Below are positions 1 to 11,700 of a stretch of DNA of 64,000 bases, one piece after another. The stretch is from Macrostomum lignano (Eukaryota), in assembly GCA_002269645.1 (NCBI GenBank), contig NIVC01002211.1, forward strand, positions 128,045-192,044. Reading direction: 5' to 3'. A program made the position numbers and the translations under genes. The notes beneath the pieces were generated by a model. The model had not been told where the DNA came from. It worked only from the letters and a program-made list of their open reading frames with translations, and did not search any database. Every line of letters begins with the position of its first letter. The stretch's first letter is position 1.

Positions 1-25
1 TACTCAGCGCAGCTCACCCAGCTCA

Positions 26-3000
26 CTAGTGCAGTGAGTCACGCAGGAACCTGCGCAGTATTTTGCCGCTAGGGTTCCTGGGAATCGAGTCGGTGAAGAC
101 CACGCCGCCGTCCAGCCGCTTGTACTTGGTGACCCGGTCGGCCACGTAGGACTTGACCTCCTCGGCAGTCAGTTGCACCCCAGGCCGGGGCACCACAAAG
201 GCGCAGGGCAGCTCGCCGGCCCGCTCGTCGGGCCTGCCAATGATGGCGCAATCCTGCACGGACGGGTGGTTCAGCAGGATGTCCTCCAGCTCGGCCGGAG
301 CCACCTGGCTGCCCTTGACTTTGATCAGCTCCTTGACTCGGTCCACGATTCTATGGGGCGGGTTGGCGCGAGAGGAGAGGGAGGATAGAAAGAGGGAAGG
401 TTGGAGATGAAGGGAGGGAGATGAAGGGAAGTGGGTGAAAGAGGTAGGTGAAGTGAGGGATATGAAGGGAAAGAGAATGCGAGTGAAAGGTGAGTAAAGG
501 GACGTAGATGGATGGTGTTAAAGGAGAAAGGGAGGGAGAGAGGAGGATGAAGGGAGGCGTGTGAAAAGAGAGAGAATAAAGGGAGGGAGGATGAATGGGA
601 GGGAGGATGAAGGGAGGGAGGATGAGAGAGAGGATGAAGGGAGGGTGAAGGGAGGTGGATGAAGGAAAAGGGAGGGTGAAGGGAGGAAAGATGAAGGGAG
701 GTGGATAAAGGGAGGTGAATGAAGGGGAAAAATAGAAGGAGGTGATAACTGAAGTTAGGGGATGGAAGAGAATGCAGTGAGACAGGATACAGGATGGACA
801 AAGGAAGGATAAAGGGCAATAGATGAAGGAAGATAGATTTGAATATTTTTAAGCACAACCAATCGTACAAGCTTTATTTAAAAATTTAGGAAAAAAATTC
901 GCATATCGCCTACTTGAAGTAGCCGAACTCGTCGTACACGGCAATATCCCCAGTATGAAACCAGCCGTCCTCGCGAATACAATCTCTAGTAGCCTTCTCG
1001 TTGTTCAGATAGCCCAGCATCACCTGCGGCCCCTTGACAACCAGCTCGCCCTCCTGCCCAGGGCCGACGTCCTGCCCGGTAACGACGTTGACGACCCTGG
1101 TGAGCTGGTTGCACACGGGCGCTCCGATCTGGCCCAGAGTGCTGGCTGGCCTCTCGCCCAGCGGCTGGGGCCCGTGCGTGATTGGCGAAGTCTCCGTCAG
1201 GCCGTACACTGGCGATGGGTGCGCGGGGCCGAGTGTGCTCTTTTGTAAGAACGCCATCCCTACAACCCCACCATCCCTACAACCCCACCATCCCTACAAC
1301 CCCACCATCCCTACAACCCTACTATCCCTGCAACCCTACCATCCCTACAACCCTACCATCCCTACAACCCTACTATCCCTACAACCCCACCATCCCTACA
1401 ACCCTGCCATCCCTACAGCCTTACCATCCCTACAGCCTTACCATCCCTACAGCCTTACCATCCCTACAGCCTTACCATCCCTACAGCCTTACCATCCCTA
1501 CAGCCTTATTATCCCTACAACCCTACCATAACTACAATCGTACCATCCCTACAACCCCACCATCCCTACAACCCTACTATCCCTGCAACCCTGCCATCCC
1601 TGCAACCCTACCATCCCTACAACCCCACCATCCCTGCAACCCTACCATCCCTACAGCCTTACCATCCCTACAGCCTTACCATTCCTACAACCCCACCATC
1701 CCTACAACCCTACCATCCCTACAACCCCACCATCCCTACAACCCTGCCATCTCTACAGCCTTACCATCCCTACAGCCTTACCATTCCTACAACCCCACCA
1801 TCCCTACAACCCTACCATCCCTACAATCCTACTATCCCTACAACCCCACCATCCCTACAACCCTGCCATCCCTACAGCCTTACCATCCCTACAGCCTTAC
1901 CATCCCTACAACCCTACTATCCCTACAACCCCACCATCCCTACAACCCTGCCATCCCTACAGCCTTACCATCCCTACAGCCTTACCATCCCTACAACCCT
2001 ACTATCACTACAACCCCACCATCCTTACAACCCTACCCTCCCTACAACCCTACCCTCCCTACAGCCCCATCGCTACATTTACAGCTCCTCACCCAATCCC
2101 CAGCTCATCCCTATCTTGCCACCAAGCAGCACAGAGAGGCGGCAGGTCACTCACGCTGCTGCAGCTCGATGTCCACCCCGTAGCGAGTCTTGAACATGTC
2201 CACAAGGCGCAGCTGAATCTCCGGGCCAAGCGGCGCCGCGGCGCTGTAGATCTGGCGCACGGAGGACAGGTTGTACCGCTCCGACAGCGGGTGCTGAAGC
2301 AGGAACAGCACCAACGGCGGCACCAGATGCATCACGTTGATCCCGTGCTCTTCTACTGCTCGTAGAAAGGTCTCGGGTTCGAATTTGCGCATTAGAACGG
2401 TTGCGCAACCGGTGTGCAGAGCTTGGCCGACCATAGCCTAGGGATTTCCATTGTGGGGATGGAATTGTAGGGATGGGGTTGTAGGGATGGAATTGTAGGG
2501 ATGGGGTTTTAGGGATGGGGTTGTAGGGATAGGGTTGTAGGGATGGGGTTGTAGGGATGGGGTTGTATGGATGGGGTTGTAGGGATGGGGTTGTAGGGAT
2601 GGGGTTGTAGGGATGGGGTTGTAGGGATGGGTTTGTAGGGATGGAATTGTAGGGATGGAATTGTAGGGATGGGGTTTTAGGGATGGGGTTGTAGGGATAG
2701 GGTTGTAGGGATGGGGTTGTAGGGATGGGGTTGTAGGGATGGGGTTGTAGGGATGGTGAGGTTATAGGGATGGAGTTGTAGGGATGGGGTTGTAGGGATG
2801 GTGAGGTTGTAGGGATGGGGTTGTAGGGATGGGGTTGTAGGGATGGGGTTGTAGGAATGGAATTGTAGGGATGGGGTTTTAGGGATGGGGTTGTAGGGAT
2901 GGGGTTGTAGGGATGGTGAGGTTATAGGGATGGAGTTGTAGGGATGGGGTTGTAGGGATGGTGAGGTTGTAGGGATGGGGTTGTAGGGATGGTGAGGTTG

Positions 3001-4437
3001 TAGGGATGGGGTTGTAGGGATGGGGTTGTAGGGATGGGGTTGTAGGGATGGGATTGTAGGGATGGTGAGGTTGTAGGGATGGGGTTGTAGGGATGGGGTT
3101 GTAGGGATGGGGTTGTCGTGATGGTGGGGTTGTAGGGATCGGGCTGTAGGTATGTGGATCGGACTTAAGTAAAGGTTATGAGATTCATTTAAAATACAAA
3201 TATACAGTGAGAATCGCAACTGCAATGTTTGCCTCTCACCTGACCGTAAATATGATAGAACGGCAGCACTCCCAGATACGGGCCGGACATGACGGGCGGT
3301 CGCACTGTGCGATTGTACTGCAGCAGGTTAATGCAGATGTTACTGTGGCTCAGCTGCACTCCCTTGGGCAGGCCTGTGGTGCCGCTGCTGTAGGGTAGAA
3401 TGGCCACGCGTTTCGACGGGTCCAGCTGCCAGTCGTCAAGGCTGCGCGGACCGTCGGAGTCGACCAGCAGCTCGTCAAAGTGATGCGCACCGGACATAAG
3501 CTTGTCAACGACGTAGATGTCCTTGGGACAGCGGAGCGGTAGTGTACAATTGAAGCACAGTTGGAGGAGGAATAGAGTACATTGAGGGCCGGAGCTGGTG
3601 GAGACAGTCCATGACCCCGTGTGTACATTGAGGGGCAGAGTTGTTAGGGACAGTCTATGGCCCCGTGTGTACACTGAGGGGCAGAGTTGTTAGGGACAGT
3701 CTATGGCCGCGTGTGTACATTGAGGGGCAGAGTTGTTAGGGACAGTCTATGGCCCCGTGTGTACACTGAGGGGCAGAAATGTTGGGAACAGTCTATGGCT
3801 GGGTGTGTACATTGAGGGGCAGAGTTGTTGGGGACAGTCTATAGCCGCGTGTGTACATTGCAGTGAATACACAGTGAATACATGTACACAGAATGGAGTT
3901 GGCAACAGAGCAGCCTCTCCCCTCACCTTCACGCAGCCGGCCTCTTTGGCAGCTTTGGCGGCAATCTCGAATTTATCGGCCTGAGTAACAACAGCCACGG
4001 CGCCGGAATGACGCAGCTGATAAGCCAGCTCGCTGGCCGTAAAATTCGGATTAGCCAGTGTCAAAGTAGCGCCAGCGATCATGCCGCCTAATTGGGCCAG
4101 CACGAACTCCGGGCAGTTGTGCAGGAACAGCGCCAGAACGGCGCCATCAACGATGCCGTGACGTGCCAGGCCGCCGGCGGCGTTCAACGAAAGGTCGCGA
4201 ACGTCGGCGAGGGTCAGTACTCGGTGGCTGCCACCATCGTCATTTTCCGTCCGCGCCGAGACGTCGATTAGCGCCGGGCGGTTGGGAGCCTCGTCAACGC
4301 GACTAAGCGTCAAGCTAGGATATCCGAGAAGGCTGTTGAGCTCAGAGGCAGGGATATCCGGCACAGGGCTGTGGATGATCCGGCGCTGTCGAATGGGATC
4401 CGCTTTACTGTAGGACTGATTAGCAGGAATAACCGGC

Positions 4438-4536
<99 letters not shown>

Positions 4537-4634
4537 CATCAGCTCACCGCTGATTGCTGCTGACGCTGCTGACTGCCACCGCTTGCTGCTGCGCTGGAGC
4601 TGCCGCTGCACCAACGCCGCGTAACCAGCCGCAT
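26..4634 (-). CDS. Luciferase-like / 4-coumarate-CoA ligase-like acyl-CoA synthetase (ANL adenylate-forming family), 6 exons
   Basis: Exons (minus): 4634-4548, ~4415-3927, 3521-3240, 2437-2155, 1208-914, 350-26. All have GT..AG ends; phases match for exons 2-6, and the exon 2 acceptor could be 4415 or 4407. Motifs YSSGTTGLPKGV (AMP-binding), LPFYHIYG, YGLTETS, HTGD, DRVKELIKVKG.QVAPAELE, PSGKILRR. Confidence 0.92.
355..840. repeat. GA-rich polypurine low-complexity tract in intron 5 of the acyl-CoA synthetase
   Basis: Almost only G/A with scattered T (gaagggagg-type units). Confidence 0.85.
1255..2100 (+). repeat. Minisatellite with core ccatccctacaacc (intron 4)
   Basis: Direct reading; ~850 bp of ccatccctacaacc/ccatccctacagcctta variants. 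Confidence 0.95.
2455..3135 (-). repeat. Same minisatellite family in the opposite orientation (gggttgtagggatgg on +; intron 3)
   Basis: The unit is the reverse complement of the intron-4 unit. Confidence 0.95.
3575..3865. repeat. ~46-bp tandem repeat (gtgtacattgaggggcagagttgttagggacagtctatggcccc), ~6 copies, intron 2
   Basis: Unit starts at 3621 and 3667. Confidence 0.9.
4437..4536. repeat. (CAGA)n microsatellite in intron 1
   Basis: Direct reading. Confidence 0.95.
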
Positions 4635-4778
4635 GGTCGCGGACGTCGTCCTGCTGACTAAAGAGACTCGACCAGGCATTCCCTGTTTAGTTTGGCTCGA
4701 TTTGCTGCAGCAAAATTATTTGGTTGAAAAGTATTCGGGGCTGCAGCAGAAATTAGCGGGATATCCACAAAGCATTAG

Positions 4779-5457
4779 TAGCGGCACTCAATGATGGACT
4801 GAGCGGAGGGTAGCGGCACTCAATGATGGACTGAGCGGAGGGTAGCGGCACTCAATGATGGACTGAGCAGAGGGTAGCGGCACTCAATGATGGACTGAGC
4901 GGAGGGTAGCGGCACTCAATGATGGACTGAGCGGAGGGTAGCGGCACTCAATGATGGACTGAGCGGAGGTTAGCGGCACTCAATGATGGACTGAGTGGAG
5001 GGTAGCGGCACTCAATGATGGACTGAGCGGAGGGTAGCGGCACTCAATGATGGACTGAGCGGAGGTTAGCGGCACTCAATGATGGACTGAGTGGAGGGCA
5101 GCGGCACTCAATGATGGACTGAGCGGAGGGTAGCGGCACTCAATGATGGACTGAGCGGAGGCTAGCGGCACTCAATGATGGACTGAGCGGAGGCTAGCGG
5201 CACTCAATGATGGACTGAGCGGAGGGTAGCGGCACTCAATGATGGACTGAGCGGAGGTTAGCGGCACTCAATGATGGACTGAGCGGAGGTTAGCGGCACT
5301 CAATGATGGACTGAGTGGAGGGTAGCGGCACTCAATGATGGACTGAGCGGAGGGTAGCGGCACTCAATGATGGACTGAGCGGAGGGTAGCGGCACTCAAT
5401 GATGGACTGAGCGGAGGGTAGCGGCACTCAATGATGGACTGAGCGGAGGGTAGCGGC
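4779..5457. repeat. 32-bp minisatellite (tagcggcactcaatgatggactgagcggaggg), ~21 copies
   Basis: Unit starts at 4779, 4811...; copies are near-identical and have no spacers. Confidence 0.95.
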
Positions 5458-6184
5458 TAAAAAGACGACTTAGCCATAAAAAGGAAAAAGTTCAAAGTTC
5501 TAAAGTGCTTTTGTAAGAATAATATAAAAAAATAGTCGGGATATATATATGAATGGGTAGAGCATTACTTACTTGAATAGGCGCATAATACATAACAGTA
5601 AAAACCTGATTAAAAAATAAGGATTTTCTTACATAGAAAAATACCAAGCAGTCTTAAGCTGATGCAGTATGTATTAAAAGGGCACGCACACGGATTCGTC
5701 TATATTGAAAGGTAAAATTGTTATAAAATGCTGGCCTAAAAGTGGCATACTTTTTGGCAATAAATGAGTAAAATATTTGCTCAAATAGCAAATACTGAGC
5801 ATGAGGACATGTACACAGCGCTTTTTAATAATATTTTTTTGCCAAAATAAACTATTCTTAACATCTATCAAATAGTAGGGGTCAAAGATAAATGGCTGTG
5901 TTTAATAAGTACATTTTGCTTTCTAGGAAAGCAACTAACGAATCCTGCGTTAGTAAATATGACTTATACTTGTATATGGAATTAGTCGACTCCAGATTTG
6001 AAACTGTAACAGTTTATCAACGCCGAAATTACATTCAAAGTACCCAGTACAAAATTTGTTCACTTGCGGTAGCCGCAAAATAGCAACCTAGCTATTTAAC
6101 TGGAGTATTGCTATTAATAAGTTATATGTAAAAATCTCAGCCAATTTAATCAATTCAGCCATTGAAAGTTCGATGCATATTTAT

Positions 6185-8089
6185 TTAATAATAATGTCCG
6201 CCTCTTTGATCTCTACCGCCGCGACCAGATTGCCCGCCTCTTTGAACTCTACCGCCGCGAGCAGATTGCCATTCTCTTTGATCTCCGCCGCTGCGAGCAG
6301 ATTGCCATTCTCTTTGATCTCTACCGCCGCGAGCAGATTGCCATTCTCTTTGATCTCCGCCGCTGCGAGCAGATTGCCATTCTCTTTGATCTCTGCCGCC
6401 GCGAGCAGATTGCCATTCTCTTTGATCTCTACCGCCGTGAGCAGATTGCCATTCTCTTTGATCTCTACCGCCGTGAGCAGATTGCCATTCTCTTTGATCT
6501 CTACCGCCGTGAGCAGATTGCCCGCCTCTTTGATCTCTACCGCCGCGAGCAGATCGCCAGCGAGAAGATTGCCCGCCTCTTTGATCTCTACCGCCGCGAG
6601 CAGATTGCCATTCTCTCTGATCTCCGCCGCTGCGAGCAGATTGCCATTCTCTCTGATCTCCGCCGCTGCGAGCAGATTGCCATTCTCTCTGATCTCTGCC
6701 GCCGCGAGCAGATTGCCATTCTCTTTGATCTCTACCGCCGCGAGCAGATTGTCCGCCTCTTTGATCACCGCCGCCGCGAGCAGATGGTTTGCCTCCTCGG
6801 TCTTTTTGATGTTTACCGCCCTGACTCAACTGCTTCCGAGCGCCGTTACTCTGATTCCAAAGTTGGCATTCCGAAATCTCTTCAGCCTGCGACAGCCAAT
6901 TGCACCAGATATTCGAGCTGGTCTCCATAGCAACCCGGTCGCCAATGACAACAATACAACGTCTCGCTCGCGTAAAGAGAACTTCAAAATCCGACTGCTC
7001 AGCATCAGACAACAAGCTATTGGCATCTGCATGTACAATGACAAAGTCGGTCTCGAGACCACGGAATTCATCAACGCTAGCCACCTGAACATCCCGAAGG
7101 TGCAAGGATTGGCCAACCCGATCGGACGCACCTGACAGTGTCAGGACGGCAATGGCTTCCAAAGATTCAGTTTCCAGTAGAACAGCGAGAACCCGGTCAA
7201 TCAGCTCGATAGATGAAGCTGCCGAGCCTTCATCGCAGTTGATAAAGCAGACAGCGGGAAAAACCATCGGCGGCGGCAGGGTGGGCGGCGGCGCCGGCAT
7301 CTCGAGTGCCGGCCAGCTGAAGCATCGGCTGGGCAGGCTGGCCAGTTCCGGCCGCATCCGGTGCTGCACAGTCAGCGCCAGGGCGTTCGACGTCGTTGCC
7401 GCCGCCACCGCTAGCCGATGGTCAGTTCCCAGCAGCACGACACGCCTGGAGCATCGGGCCAGAGCGCAGAGCGCGGCCGACTCGGGCGACTCGTTTGCAT
7501 CGTCAATCAGCGCCAAGGAAAACCGGACGTCGTACAAGCCGCCAATCGACGTCGACAACGCCAGAATCACGTCGGCGGAGCGCAGAAGGCGCTGCTGCAT
7601 CGTCTGGCTGTCGTTTAAACTGTCGTCATCCGTGCCGAACTCTTCCAGGCGTCGACGTTGGATTTGCGCGTCGATTGTCAGATCGGCGACGTCGGGAGCG
7701 ACGAGGCCAGACGATGGCAGGCGGAGCAGCAGTAGGCACGGAGCGGCGAGGCGCAGCCGTCGAGCCAGACTGTCGAGAGCGGCGTCGGACTGGGCGCAGA
7801 GGAAAATCGGCAGAAACGATGCCGCCGCCGCCGCCGCCGCCGCCGCCGCCCGGCAGACGATGCTGACGGCCAGCGCGGACTTTCCCGTGCCCGGCGGCCC
7901 GCCGATGAACAGCAGGCCTGGATCCGGTTTCGAACTCAGGACGACTGCCAGCGCGGCCCGTTGCGAGGCGTCGAGTCGCTCTAAATCTGCGTCGATATCC
8001 GCGCTTAGCGACACAGCTTTCTGCTGTTTTGGAGCAAGGATAGGGAATAGGATTATGAGGATGAGGATGAGGTTGATCATGATGATGAT

Positions 8090-8124
<35 letters not shown>

Positions 8125-8158
8125 GAGAATGGTGAGGATGATAATAATTATGATAATA

Positions 8159-8190
<32 letters not shown>

Positions 8191-8224
8191 GAGAATGGTG
8201 AGGATGATAATAATTATGATAATA

Positions 8225-8256
<32 letters not shown>

Positions 8257-8453
8257 GAGAATGGTGAGGATGATAATAATGATGATAATAATGATAATGA
8301 TGATGATGATGATGATGATGAAGAGAATGGTGAGGATGATAATAATTATGATAATAATGATGATGATGGTGATGATGATGATGATGATCATGATGATGAT
8401 GATGAAGAGAATGGTGAGGATGATAATAATTATGATAATAATGATGATGATGG

Positions 8454-8484
<31 letters not shown>

Positions 8485-8518
8485 GAGAATGGTGAGGATG
8501 ATAATAATTATGATAATA

Positions 8519-8550
<32 letters not shown>

Positions 8551-8689
8551 GAGAATGGTGAGGATGATAATAATGATGATAATAATGATGATAATAATGA
8601 TGATGATGATGATGATGAAGAGAATGGTGAGGATGATAATAATTATGATAATAATGATGATGATGATGATGATGATGATTATGATGATA

Positions 8690-8755
<66 letters not shown>

Positions 8756-11700
8756 ATGATGATAATGATGATGATGATGAAGAGGATAAACGAGGTAAAG
8801 ATAGGGATAAGTATGCTGCAGCAACGTGTCCAAAGATGCACTATTACGAGCTATCAACTCAAGCCGCGGTCTCACGCACTCTAAGAGCGACGGTTTCTGC
8901 GAGCCACCGAGTCACGTGACCCGTGCACTCGAAGCGGGCCAGCGGCGACTCTTTCGGGTGGCCCCGCGGATCAGCCAGCAGATCGAGCGCTCGCTTCAAC
9001 AGTCGATCGTTGCCAATATTCTCCTCGTTGTCAGCAGCCCGGAGGCAGCGTCTCAGAGCGTCAAACACTTCCCTGTAGCTGTCGATGCCACCCGCAGGAG
9101 GTTCGCGCAGCTGCCAGCAGCCGCCGCCCTGCCAACAAGCCGGCAGCGTTGTTAGGAGGCAGCCGCGCGAGTCCAAGCCGCGCAGACAGACCAAGGCTCG
9201 ACCGTCGTCCAGACGCCGACAGGCGACAACTTGAACAAGGCAGCAGAAGCCGCCAGCCGAAGTCGCCGATGCCAGCAGCAGCGACATAAACCGGCCTGGG
9301 CGCGGCTGATGTCGCTGCCAGTCAATCGGCGCCCGACTTGTCAGCCAAAACTCCGACAGTTCGTTAGCGGGATTCGCAGGCTCGACAGTCTCCGCCGGCA
9401 CCGACCGGTCGGACTCCCAGCTGTCAGCCGACAGGCCGGATGATTGACAGCCGCTCAGAAACCCCTGACAGGCCAGCGAGGCCTGGTGCCGCAGATACCG
9501 ATGCACCGGCGTCAGCGGCGACACCCTAGTAGATTCCGTCAACATCGGCAGTAGAAGTTGTTCAGCAAATCTCTGTGCTACGGCAGGCGAACTGGCGGCA
9601 ACGTGGAGCAGCGGCCACCAGCAGTGCCAGGCGCCGGCAACGTCCAGCAGCTCGGCGGTGGAAGCTTCGGCTAGCGATAAAAGCGACGACAGCAGACGGT
9701 CAGCGGTGGCGTCGGCAGCCAGGCGTCGCAGCGATGTGAACAGTTCCAGTAGCCCTGCAGACGGCTGGTCTCCGAACCTGACGGAAGCTGGGTCGAAGAA
9801 CAGCTGAGCGACAATCTTGTCGATGTCGGCCAGAGCTGAGGCTGGCAGCGGCCTCGGAGCCGCCAGCAAATGCAGACGGTCTAGCAGGGCCCGCAGGCGG
9901 TCTGGCACCGAGCCAAGCTCCGACGGTGGCCACGCGCGCAGCGAGTCGATGAACAAGCGAGGCGAGGCAAAGGCGACGGCCGCGTCCAGGCACTGCAGCG
10001 TCGGAGTCGGCGAAGGCATTGAATCGTGGGACGGCGGCTGCAGCAGCATCGGGTCGACGAACTCGTTGACTGCGTGAGCCAGTTGGGGCCGGTTGGGAGC
10101 TGGGAACTCGACCTGGGCAGAAGGAGACGGGAGAGTGCACTGCTGGAGAGGCTAGATCTACAGAGGCACTGTCTAGATCTGCAAAACTATTGTCTAGATC
10201 TATAAAACCACTGTCTAGATCTACAAAATCACTGTCTAGATCTACAAAATCACTGTCTAGATCTACAAAATCACTGTCTAGATCTACAAAATCACTGTCT
10301 AGATCTACAAAATCACTGTCTAGATCTACAAAATCACTGTCTAGATCTACAAAACCACTGTTTAGATCTACAAAATCACTGCCTAGATCTACAAAACTAC
10401 TGTCTAGATCTGCAAAACGATTGCCTAGATCTATAAAACTACTGTCTAGATCTACAAAATCACTGTCTAGATCTACAAAACTACTGTCTAGATCTACAAA
10501 ACTACTGTCTAGATCTACAAAATCACTGTCTAGATCTACAAAATCACTGTCTAGATCTACAAAATCACTGTCTAAATCTACAAAATCACTGTCTAGATCT
10601 ACAAAATCACTGTCTAGATCAACAAAATCACTGTCTAGATCTACAAAATCACTGTCTAGATCTACAAGATCACTGTCTAGATCTACAAAATCACTGTCTA
10701 GATGAGTTGCTCCCACGCAGATCTCACCTGTCGGACATCAGCGGCCCACCAGTTGACATCGGCCACATCCAGATAGCCAGTGGCCCGCCCGTCCGCCGGG
10801 TCGCCCTGGGCAGACTCGAGCACGAACATCTCGGCCTCAATAAATGGCACCTTCCGTACCAGCATCCCAGCTTGCGCCCGCCTCCTGTCGCCAGGCAAGT
10901 CGAACCGGGTCAGGTCTACGCTGATGGACGTCAGGCCGTCGGGCCCGCCGCCGTCATTCAGCCACACAAAAGTGCCCCTGCGATCGCCTTTGTAGAGCTG
11001 CAACGAGTGCTCCGATAAGTCCAGGCTGTGTCCCGGACTCAGTCGGTGCTGCCTACGGCAGTTGAGCAGGCCGGAGAAGAAAAACGCCCGGACACTGTCC
11101 GGAGGCATGTCAGCCCGTTCGCAGATTGTCAGCTGCCGTTGGAACAGCAGGGCGAGGCACAGCTGGTCTGGCAGACGCAGCAAGAGAAGACTAAACAGAA
11201 TGTAGGGATTTCAATTGAATTAGACTGGGCTAATCTCTCGCTCAGATCCCTAATCTCACTCTTAGATCCCTAATCTAACTCTCAGATACCTAATTTTACT
11301 CTCAGATACCTAATTTCACTCCCAGATCCCTAATCTCACTCTTAGATCCCTAATCTCACTCTCAGATACCTAATCTCACTCTCAGATACCTAATTTCACT
11401 CTCAGATCCCTAATCTCACTCTCAGATCCCTAATCTCACTCTCAGATCCCTAATCTCACTCTCAGATACCTAATCTCACTCTTAGATCCCTAATCTCACT
11501 CTCAGATACCTAATCTCACTCTCAGATACCTAATTTCACTCTCAGATCCCTAATCTCACTCTCAGATCCCTAATCTCACTCTCAGATCCCTAATCTCACT
11601 CTCAGATCCCTAATTTCACTCTCAGATCCCTAATCTCACTCTTAGATCCCTAATCTAACTCTCAGATACCTAATTTTACTCTCAGATACCTAATTTCACT

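Noticed and set aside
4779-5457. CRISPR-like array (32-bp palindromic repeats); the same idea applies to 23550-26303 and 45629-45960
   Set aside because: The units are head-to-tail with no unique spacers, there are no cas genes, and the context is eukaryotic.
6173-7135. Alternative ORFs over the 36-bp repeat (plus-strand 320 aa; minus-strand 195 aa ENGNLLAA repeats)
   Set aside because: They are open only because the repeat has no stops in those frames; only the RGG frame is continuous with the helicase.
8024-8884. Poly-His N-terminus of the 896-aa ORF (and the poly-Ile/Met ORFs)
   Set aside because: It lies within a GT..AG intron (8879-8024) whose removal joins two exons in phase; it is a by-product of the (GAT)n repeat.
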